Shown here: positions 52,582 to 62,800 of the stretch, one piece after another
Layout of the letters: every line of letters starts with the position of its first letter
How positions within the stretch are numbered: the stretch's first letter is position 1
Assembly (NCBI GenBank): GCA_040285745.1
Contig: JAUFOR010000004.1
Coordinates: forward strand, 434,001-498,000
Length of the DNA stretch: 64,000 bases
Direction of reading: 5' to 3'
From: Barthelona sp. PCE
Lineage: Eukaryota
The notes under the pieces: model-generated
Seen by the model: the letters and a program-made list of their open reading frames with translations, nothing else
The model's database searches: none
Told to the model about the DNA's origin: nothing
Program-made: the position numbers and the translations under genes

Positions 52582-52635
52582 GTGTGTTTCCATAGCATAG
52601 TGTAAACCTTTAAAAATCATTTTTTACTGTTCTGT

Positions 52636-53487
52636 CTAACCAAGCACGAATCGCTTCAGCTTGTTAAAGATGCCCTTCTTCTTAACGCGTGGGGTGAAGA
52701 CATCATACTCTGGGTTGTTGGAAGAGTTTGTCCTTCCCTGCTTCTTTCTCAAACCGCTGACAGGATCAGGTGACATACGCTTGGCCTTGTGTGGGGTACT
52801 GATCTGTGTTTGCATTAGTCTGTAACTGTTGTCATAGGCGCTGTTCTCGGCCTTCATGACACCGACTGATGTGCGTGTGTTTGGCAGTGTTGTGCCGTCA
52901 TGATCGAGTGCGTTCGCTACCTCGATGCTGTTGGAGTATGTGATCATGATCTTCTGGTTCTCTGAATCGCTGTACCATTTGATGACCTTACCGATATTGT
53001 TAAAAAAGGAAAATGTTCTTTGGTGAAGTTCTGGAGGAACACCAAATACAACTACAGAGAGGTTTTCATCGCGATCCTCGTCCATTATCAAACTCCTTTC
53101 CTTCTTCATTGTGCTTGAAATAAAGGATGAATGATTTTTAGCAACTCTTCGGTCCAATGGTGCTTCTGAGACCGATACTGATGCAAGGGCCTTCTTGGGG
53201 AGTGTGAATTCACTCTTGGCAGAAGGAGTAAAATTAGAAGGAGCAAACTTTTGATCCAACTGGTTTTTCTTTGCCCAATATGATGAAACTTCCTGATCAG
53301 GACGCTTAATCGAATGTGAAAAACTCGGTAAGATGACAGGATCTAACTCATCATAAGAAGAACCCGTTGTGGGAGTTTTTTTTGTACTCTTTGTTTGTGC
53401 AACTCTTTGCAACGCAGGAGTAATAGGAGTTGAGGGAGTTTCCCGCCCTCTCATCCTATTGTTTTTTACGAAAGGGGAATTAAACAT
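52636..53487 (-). CDS. NUP53: Nup53/Nup35 nucleoporin
   Basis: Nup53-type RRM (VVVFGVPP...ITYSNSIEVANALDHDG...VGV) and a C-terminal amphipathic helix GIFNKLKRFVLG. Confidence 0.82.
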   Translation of the reverse strand: MFNSPFVKNNRMRGRETPSTPITPALQRVAQTKSTKKTPTTGSSYDELDPVILPSFSHSIKRPDQEVSSYWAKKNQLDQKFAPSNFTPSAKSEFTLPKKALASVSVSEAPLDRRVAKNHSSFISSTMKKERSLIMDEDRDENLSVVVFGVPPELHQRTFSFFNNIGKVIKWYSDSENQKIMITYSNSIEVANALDHDGTTLPNTRTSVGVMKAENSAYDNSYRLMQTQISTPHKAKRMSPDPVSGLRKKQGRTNSSNNPEYDVFTPRVKKKGIFNKLKRFVLG

Positions 53488-53504
53488 GATAATGGCTTGT
53501 TTAT

Positions 53505-54336
53505 TTAATATGACTCCAACGCTTCTTTAACGTTGCTGAGATGGTTTGCTTCGGCAGAAAAGTCCTTCATAACTCTGTCTAAGTGAGAATCTAATTCATT
53601 ACAATGAGAATAAGAATTCAATGCAGGTTTTGTAGGATGATCAAGACAACTGTGCACGAATCGACGATCTGTTCTGATATAATCACTAAGGACACATACG
53701 GCCTGATCCAAAGATGCAGATGTATTGATTGTAATACCAACAGCCGGATCAACACAATCATCGTCACAGAATAATTGTAAAAGTGCAACTTGGTTAAGAG
53801 AAGAGTTGCTCAACTCAACTGGAATCTCAACGAAAAGGGTTTCGGGATCAAATGAAGCTTCATTCTTCCTCAACTGCGCACCCTTCTCCATAATTAACTG
53901 AGGGCTAATGTAGAATGCCCTTAATGGATTTAATCTCTGTAATGCCCTCTTTGAATCGAAGAGCAGGCACACTGCTACATCAGAACTCTTGTGCAATTCA
54001 AGAAGATTCTTAATATCGATGGAATAAAGCGGTCCACCTCTGTAATAACCCACTGGTAAGCTGTCAAAGTGATTGATAGCACAGTACTCACGGTATTTCT
54101 TTGCGTATTCAATGGAATTGTCCTTAGTCCCAACACAGTCTGTAACCTCCAAGATACCATCAATTTCAAGTCCAAATAACTGTCCAAAACCGTCAAAATT
54201 GGAATTCAATATGTGCGTCATCATCTTTAGAAAAGCCTAAACGTTAAGAACATCATTAACAAAATTTTTATCATACCTTGCCATCAACTACAACGCTCTT
54301 CAAAGGTACAGGGATTTCAAATGGGTTGTCTGTCAT
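53505..54336 (-). CDS. EIF3H: eIF3 subunit h-like MPN protein, 263 aa; exons 54336-54277 and 54236-53505
   Basis: VVVDGK|AFLKMMTH...GQLFGL...LEVTDC...VGYY...LRAF...EIPVELSNSSL. Confidence 0.8.
54237..54276 (-). other. Spliceosomal intron, 40 nt
   Basis: GTATGA...TTAAC-GTTT-AG. Confidence 0.93.
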
Positions 54337-54432
54337 TGTCTAAGTCGAAAAGAAGAAGAAAAATGAAAGTGGGTTTCGATAGGGAAAAAGTTCTCGAAAG
54401 TATATTCTTTTCCCTTTACATACAACAAAGAC

Positions 54433-56862
54433 ATGCCTCTTAAGAAAGCTCCACTGAAACTTGGTGCTTCAAAAGAAGAAAAGCAACCAGAAACCGTTCA
54501 AGTTTCCATAACTCATTCATTTGAATACACTGCTCGTAGATCAGCAAGGACTGCGACCAGTGTTGCACCTTTGGGCCGTACAGAACCTGAATTACCACTG
54601 CAACATTTGTATAACGCAGCTAGGTATTTTCATGAGGAGATCGTCTCCGCACCTTCAAACGCTTCGTTTGACATGCATATGGGTGAACACCGCCTCAGCG
54701 TAGCTGGTATTAACTTCCATCAGACAACGCAGATGATCAACGAATTGAACATTAAGCCTTCCACTTCTGCAACAAAGAGAATTGAAAACCTTGACATGCA
54801 CCTAAAGACATACCATAAGAGTTCGCGTATGCACGCTCTTGATATTGCACGCGAGCAGTCGATCAAGTCCTTCGACAATTTCTATTATGATAACGTTGTC
54901 AACTCTTGGGAATCAACCAAGGATACCATCAGAAAGAGCGCATCGCTTGCATCCACTTACGTGTTCAACGAGTGGGAAGCCGAAAGCAACTTCTACTGGG
55001 ATGTTATCCACGACCAGTTGTTGGGCAATGAAAGTAATGATCTCAGCGGCCGTCTACTGGAAATTGCTGCGTCTAACACTGATGACGCCGCACTCCTCAG
55101 CCTTTGGGATGCCGTCCATACTCTCATATCTGAATCAAGTCACTTGAGTGAAAGAGAACGCCATAGTATATATGAAGGTTTGCATATTGCCCAAGGAGAT
55201 GATGACTCCACCCTGAAGGCATCATTCCTCATAGATGCTGGTATTGGATTCCTTCAGCATCAATACTATCAACGCATTCAAAACTATCTCCGTGAAAACT
55301 CAGAAAGCGCTGTTGGCTTGGGCAAAATGCAGCCTGCTGTTTACATTAGGGAGTACACACGCTTCACGTGTATGAATCAGGGCTTTGATTTCAAACGTTT
55401 CAATGATTCTGTACCTCTATGGCCTCAGATCTACTTCTTAGTACGATGTGGTTTTGCTGATATTGCTGCAGAAATGCTGGAGAACTCGGATTCTGAGTCC
55501 GACACTTTCATTCGCCTGGCTCTCCTTTGTTTTGCGCAGAATGAACCCATTAGTGACACATCAGTTAAAAACAGACTCCGTCAGATGTTCGTCAACCTCC
55601 ACCAGGCGTGTAACATCGAAGGTAGCTCATATGATTTCTTCGAGATGCTGGTTGTAGGCATTATCTCTCGTCAAAAGGTGGATATGCCAGATATCTTTGA
55701 AACAATTGATGACTGGTTATTTGCTCAGCTTTGCACCGTCGTTCGTTACAATGACGACGGTGTTCCGCTTGGCAGCATTTGGAAAGAGCTTAACCCTGCC
55801 ATCAGCGATGGCCATATCTTCTCACCATACAGTTGTGCCTTGATGTACATTTTGACTCTTCAATTTGAGCGTGCCGTTGATTTCTTAGCTCACACAAGCA
55901 ATATGGAGACGCTTCGTGATGCAGCACACATTGGATACTGTTGTCACCAGGCAGGATACCTACGAGTTACTGATGCTCTCAGCTCCAGCATCTTTGATTC
56001 GCAGACGCACGTGCTCAACCTCGGTAAAATCTTCCAGGCATTTGTTGCGCGCTTCGTCAAGGCTGACCAGGCTGTTTTAGTTTCCTACCTCGTATTATTA
56101 CCTGGAGTAGTAGCCATTGAAGCATTGAAGAGCTTTTTGATTGCAAACTCAGCTGAACTCAACACCCTTATTGGGTACGTTGATCTGGCAACTGGTGAAA
56201 CACATCAAGGACTTTTGTTCCGCATCCTCCCTGCCGAGTATCACGATAAACTTTATGAAGTCTGTAGTGAGATTGGTGAGCACTCTGTGCGTCTTGGAAG
56301 AACAACCACCGCTATCAACGCAATGCTTCTGGGTAAGGATTATGATAGAGTAGCCATCCTACTAAATAGCACACTGCTCCGTATGCTAGTACCAGTTGCA
56401 ATCATTCAAGGTGATGCAGTGATGAAGCCATCCTCAGAAAGACAGGAAATGATTGTATGGGCAAGTGACTTCATTGATTTTTGCAAAGATATAGCTGTTG
56501 GTATCAATATTCAAACTGAATTAGAGCTGACTCTTAACGTTGCACTGACATTCGATGCCTGGATTTATCGTCCTCGTAATGCTGCTGAGGTGTTGAGTCG
56601 TGTCATTAAAGCCAATATTCTTCCTTTGGAGACCAACTCTGATTATTATAAGAACAAGTTCCTTTCTCTTCCTCAAGCAATTCGCTCAGTAATTGGAGAT
56701 TTACTAATGATTGTTTTACAAGCCCTCATTGCGCATAAAAGAGGATCGCCTGAATATAAGGTGTACTCATTCAATTTAATGAGTTTTGCAGCACAAATCT
56801 CGAACCATATTCCCAAAAATATCAATATGCAACTAACTCGTCTGAGCGCAAAATTCCACTAA
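54433..56862 (+). CDS. NIC96: Nic96/Nup93 nucleoporin
   Basis: PLWPQIYFLVRCG, TIDDWLFAQL, LQFERAVDFL and DAAHIG motifs. Confidence 0.9.
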   Translation: MPLKKAPLKLGASKEEKQPETVQVSITHSFEYTARRSARTATSVAPLGRTEPELPLQHLYNAARYFHEEIVSAPSNASFDMHMGEHRLSVAGINFHQTTQMINELNIKPSTSATKRIENLDMHLKTYHKSSRMHALDIAREQSIKSFDNFYYDNVVNSWESTKDTIRKSASLASTYVFNEWEAESNFYWDVIHDQLLGNESNDLSGRLLEIAASNTDDAALLSLWDAVHTLISESSHLSERERHSIYEGLHIAQGDDDSTLKASFLIDAGIGFLQHQYYQRIQNYLRENSESAVGLGKMQPAVYIREYTRFTCMNQGFDFKRFNDSVPLWPQIYFLVRCGFADIAAEMLENSDSESDTFIRLALLCFAQNEPISDTSVKNRLRQMFVNLHQACNIEGSSYDFFEMLVVGIISRQKVDMPDIFETIDDWLFAQLCTVVRYNDDGVPLGSIWKELNPAISDGHIFSPYSCALMYILTLQFERAVDFLAHTSNMETLRDAAHIGYCCHQAGYLRVTDALSSSIFDSQTHVLNLGKIFQAFVARFVKADQAVLVSYLVLLPGVVAIEALKSFLIANSAELNTLIGYVDLATGETHQGLLFRILPAEYHDKLYEVCSEIGEHSVRLGRTTTAINAMLLGKDYDRVAILLNSTLLRMLVPVAIIQGDAVMKPSSERQEMIVWASDFIDFCKDIAVGINIQTELELTLNVALTFDAWIYRPRNAAEVLSRVIKANILPLETNSDYYKNKFLSLPQAIRSVIGDLLMIVLQALIAHKRGSPEYKVYSFNLMSFAAQISNHIPKNINMQLTRLSAKFH

Positions 56863-56868
56863 GTAAAC

Positions 56869-59800
56869 TCAGTCTTCACTGTCTTTCCGTTTCTTTAAGA
56901 AATGAAAAACTCCCAAAGTAATTACTGTGCACAATAAAAGTGTAGTAATAATGTAAACACCATATCCTCCTCCCACTGGCTTATTGACATCAGGAAAAAG
57001 CGTACCGGTGATGTTGTATCCCTGTGATATGATACGCAGAGCTACCTCAATGTTTGGACATACTGCAATATCACTTGCATCAACCTTTACCGAAAACTCA
57101 CGCTTACTGAACAAACATACGTATTGTTTCAACATATCCTTACAGTTTTGTGACAACCAATTGCAACGGCGTGAATGTACCATGAATGAAAGAACAATAG
57201 CGTATAGGTCCACAATATCTTTTTCCTTATACATGATATCACTGTTTGGTAAATAATCGAAACAAAAATGTCCCTTAACAACTTCCTTCACATCCTTTTC
57301 AACCAACCACATCTTAAAGGGAGAGTTGGAACGTACAACAACAAAGATATCAACACTTTGCAAAATGTGATTAGATACGTCGATCATTTGATACTGATTC
57401 ATAAACCCAGCAAAGGACTCATAACTGTCATTAATCATAGTGAACAGTGTCCTACGGTTGTCCATGTTGAACCTGTACACAAGCTCTTCATTTGAACCTT
57501 GACCAACAAATATCGAAAGATAATCAACGTGCTCATCGACTTTGATCCTGAACGGCTTCCCTTCTGTTTCCAATCGTATGAATGAATAACCAGCGTGGTC
57601 AAAGTACCTGCCCTTTGCATTTTCTGCCGGATCATCGTACAGAATAAATCTTTCATCGACTGATCCGACATAGATCTTATACTCTTTGGATGATTTAATA
57701 GCCATATGAAACACGTAGTACTGACCTTGCATGACTGCAACAGAACAAAAATCAGTACCGCTGTGCTCTACGTAATTAACATGCCTTGCTTCATAAGTTG
57801 CCGTGAGAGAAGTGAATGATTCAACATAATTTAACTTGTCCTCCACGAAAATCATAGCTGTCTGTTGCATTAGTAAGAACAAACGGCCATTGGCAATGTG
57901 CATAGTGAACTCTTGTTCATCATATAACAATATGGGTGCTGAAATTGTGTTAACATCAACGGTAACATTATAAACTAAATTATAATATATGGATCCATTG
58001 AGCATCACAACAACCATAAACTCTTTTTCCGATTGGTCACGTGCGATAAGGCTGCTACATGAATCATACGAGATTGTGCAGGTCAAACTCGAGTCGGTAT
58101 AGCATTTGTATTCGCTATCAGGAATTGTAAAATTATCAGCGTAGTCATCGATCAATGTCGTCTCCAGTTGAAGTCCGTACGTAACTATTGTGATGTCGAA
58201 CGAGCAACCATACTCGTTACAAACATCATCCAAATCGATATAGAACAATTGCGTAGTTGTGGGAGATAACCTCTCTTTTCCAACTTGACTTGTACTCATT
58301 TTCACGGGGAATGCGTGCGAAGAAACCCCAACTGCAAGCTTCTGTTTTATCATCGGTATTATTACAGAACGAAAAGAAAATGTCTTCAAATACCCAACAT
58401 TAAGCAACAACGGCTCCTTATCTCGCACCAATACTTCAGTCTTTATCAATACATAAAATCTCTGGGTACTTGTGATGTGTCCTTCACCATCGTTATCAAT
58501 GTACGACGAAAAATGATTGAATCTCTTGCATCGATTAATATCAGCATGACCAATTACTGAATCAGATAAGAAAATGAATGGGTGGTACTCATCGTCTTCA
58601 TCATCGATCTTGTCATCTGACCTCTCCATATTGTTAAAATCCAAAAAAATCATGTACAAATCATAACGCTCATCAACTGTATACTCCAACTTAATTGTAT
58701 TGGTTGTTGACTTCTTGCTATTAGACACTGTCAAAACACTGAGATCCGATGGAAGAATGGCTGTTTTTAACAACTTAACAGCACGTACACCTACCAGAAT
58801 ATCCATTGAATAAAAATGAAAAATGTTAACCTGTTTTGCTGCAAGATTGAAAATTGAAATACTTGATGTGATTGGGCACTTGTTGTTGGATCCTTCGCAT
58901 TGGCCAAACGTTACAAACACTGGCTGTGATTCTTCATCTTCATTAATACACCATAAAGTTACAACATTATTATGATCGAATGAGAAGGCGTTTAGTTTTT
59001 TGATTTGATCTTCTTTTGAATACTCAACCATAGCGTGCGGGCGACCGTCTGATACATCATAATTGAAAGCATGCTCTCCAAAGTCAGGAGAAAGTGTCAA
59101 ATATCGGAAGGCAAAATTACGTGCATCATGAACTAAACTATCCAAAAGAAATGCTTTTTGCTCTCCAATTTCAAACGAAGATGAAATCAACGACGTAGGA
59201 AAGTACTCTTTTAAAGATACCTTAACCGAAACAATCGATTCATCCCAACCAAAAAGAAGAATGTACACATCGCTTCCAGGAGGAAGATCTTTTGCTGAAA
59301 AGTGTGCCTGTGCCAGTGTACACTTGGCCTCCAGGGATAAACACCCAGCCACACCTCTATTCTCTTGTATATTGATCGGTGGGAGACATCTATAAGTATC
59401 AGTTGTTTTAATTCGCATTTTGCTTTTATACAGTTGAATAAGACCCTGGACTGTCTTTTTCTCTGGTGATATGATGAAATTACCAGAATGCTTTGCCTTA
59501 TCAGTGTTCAAAGTCGCATTAACCTTGAGCGAAACCTGAAATAACACAACACTACCATCAGTGGACGGTATAACAGGCATGATAGTATGGACCAGTATGA
59601 AGTTATCACCAACTGCAATATTATTAACGCCACTATTTGTATCTATACGTTGAGTAAAGACTGGTTTAAAACGAGCAAGAATATCACAGTCACCATACGT
59701 AGATACGAATGCAAAACGTGCTTCATTAAACAAAGAAAAGAATGTACTGATCTTTAAGGGATTTTCTATTTGAAAATTTAATAAATCCACCTCGAGTATC

Positions 59801-62800
59801 TCCATTCTCTTTAATCCTGTTTTCTTCTCAAAAATGTTCAGCGAATGTAGGTGTTCTTCTTGGTTTACCAAAAAGCCATTGGTAGACACACGCACCTTAC
59901 ATTCGGAAGAAATTTTGTTGTTTGAGACAAACAAATTTTGCAAAAGTGCAACATTTTCATCATTCTCGAAATACAGATTCTCCATAATACCCAAGGCCAA
60001 TTTGTGCTTTGCATTTGCCGACACTATTCTACCTACATTATTAACACGCACAACATCAAGTTTTTCAAACCAAATCGTAGTATCCAGTTCTACATACTCT
60101 GTTGTATTATCTGGACATTCAAACAAAAGGAATAGAGACACTGCAGTGTTTGTTATGAACAATTTGTGAGTTTCCCTTTCGTTAGCTGGAAATACTGTTA
60201 TTCTCTCCCACATTTCCATTTCTGTGCTCTCTTCTGTATTTTGATTCACGGAAGAAGCGAATAAAAGACCCTTTAATACTACTGTTGTTGAAGAAGCAAG
60301 TTCTATGCAAAGCAAACCAGGTCCGTGCAGGGCGCTCATGTCTAAACTCAGGCTGAATTCGTTTATCATGATATATGGTATATGATACTTTGATTCAGTC
60401 TCAACAGATAATCTTGCGCGGTTTGCTCGTCTCACCTCAAATCCAAACTCAAATTCAGAAGCGACGTGGTCATCATGGTCATGATCAAAACTGACAAATA
60501 AAAACAGGCTCAATTGGGTATCTTGCGCATTTGAATCAAGATAAAATCCGCACATAACGGGTTCACGGCGCACGTATACGTCCTTCTCAAAGTATGGAAC
60601 AAGAACCCTCTTCGAAATTTGATTCATCTTCTCCAGAGTGACAAACTTCCTTCCATCAACAGTAATAACCTTGAATATGTGAACAAACGCGTTGCCCATC
60701 ATATTAGGGAAATGGAAGAACGGAGTTCCATGATTCAGCGTCATGACGTTCTCATGATTATTGGAAACTGTGAGCTCTACGCTAAATGATTGCTGTTTGT
60801 TATATTTAACAGGCAGAGTGCCCCCGCCGTTGTACTCTGTAAATACGACGTTTCCTGACCTACACGTAACAGTAACCTCGATCTGAAACTGATGATCAAC
60901 CTGGTGTCTGGTAGGCATGTGAACGATAACTAACTCGCTTAGAAAAGCTCCATCTTGCATTTTCTGCAGAACTGGCCCAATCTCAAAGATGCATAGTGTA
61001 TTTGGCTCATCGCAAACAAAGAGAGATAGATTCGGTATTCCGTTAGTGTGTTTCAACTGACTTGGAGTTGAAATAGAAAAAGCAATGTTTGATTTGATCT
61101 CCATTGATGTTACGGCGTGATTAAATTCAAACTCAAAATGTAGTATTTTGTTAGAAACATAACTAATTTGCACAACATTATCGATATCATCAGATTGCAG
61201 TACTTTCACTATCTTCTCCATATACATCAGCCTTGAGGAACAGCCTGTTACAGGTTGTCCTATCTCAAAACCACCGAAAAACTTCAGAATAAATGGAACC
61301 TGCATTGTTGTTTGACTCGATGTAACTAACAACAACAGATGAGGTGAGCTAACATTTTCTAATGAATTTTCTGCTCTTCTAGCAAAAGATATTAGTGGTA
61401 GAGAGTCTTCAATGTTTGAAAAATATTGAACGGTAGTTAGTACATCATTAATATTAAAAGCAGTGTCAAATGTCTGAATGACTACCGAAGTATACTTATC
61501 AGGATTTGCAATTCCAGAGATTCCCAGGCCGCTCTTCTCTTCAATTACAAAAGACGAACTGCTTAAAGCTGCATTAAAGCTGCATTTTTCAAAAAATTCA
61601 TCACTAACAGAAAATCTAACAAGATAAATCCAGTTCTGCACATTTTGAACAGGAAATATATCATATGTTGCTGTTGAGTGTGTGAAGGACCACTTAGCAT
61701 CGCTCATATCAAGTGAACCACCTCGTGTGTGAAAAAGTTTCATTTCTGAGACTTGATCAACGATACCACAGTTCTTTAATTCCAATACAACCACAAGTGA
61801 CCAGTGCTCCGATGTATCTGAAATGCATAAAGGAACAGTGGCAAAAGATGATCCATTGAATCGGGGGAAATCTTTGAGTTGGAAAACTGTTAACTTTGAT
61901 GGAACACTAAGCTTGGCTAGATCGGTCAATGGGAAAAGAGAACTATCCTGAAATCTTACAGTTACATTTGAAGGATTACTTGGCAGAAAAGCAAGATAAA
62001 AAAAGTTACTTTCTTCGTCTTGAAGCACGAAAGCAAATCGATGGGTTATGGGCTCGCTAGTATTGCAAGCGACTCTCATCAAATTGAGCCTGTTGACCCG
62101 CACATTTGGTACATAAACACGTGATGTTGCGAGAGATACCAGCAGTGGTTGACCATCATTTTTGCATTCATACTCCACAGAGATAACGTAAGTCTCAATC
62201 TGTAAGAATGTGCTGTAGTGCACACGCAGGTAGTAAGGCAACATATCAACACTGAAGCGTGATGTGCTACTAACATCCAAAAACTCCACAATAGAAATTG
62301 TTATACTGACTGTCCCATAGCTCCATTTTGCATCTAAACTTATAGCATAGTGCTCTTTTGGTTCGAAACTTGAGCTTGCAACGTCAAATAAAAGGGTGGA
62401 GTTGTCAAACCTGCTCCATTGTAGGTTGGTGTCTGTGGAAATAAATAAAGGTTTTGAATCTCTCGATCCCCATAATCTTATCTCTGGGTGGATCGGCGGA
62501 ACATCATACCTGATCTTGAAACGTAGTGGATGTGGTCTGATCTGACTCAACTCACCCATTTCCGGAGTATTAAACGTCACAGTTTTAACACGAGGCTGAA
62601 GATCAACATGACTGACAGGATTGTTCTTTGTTGGAAGTGACGTTGCCACTGATAGGTTGACCGTGATATCGTTGAACTCAATCTGTGGTAGAAGAATCAT
62701 CATGTAAAACGATACTTGTGATGAGTACATACCCAGTACTTGACCTAATGTGATTGGGTATTTCACTGTGTACTGAAGGTTTGAGAACGAATCCTCTTGT

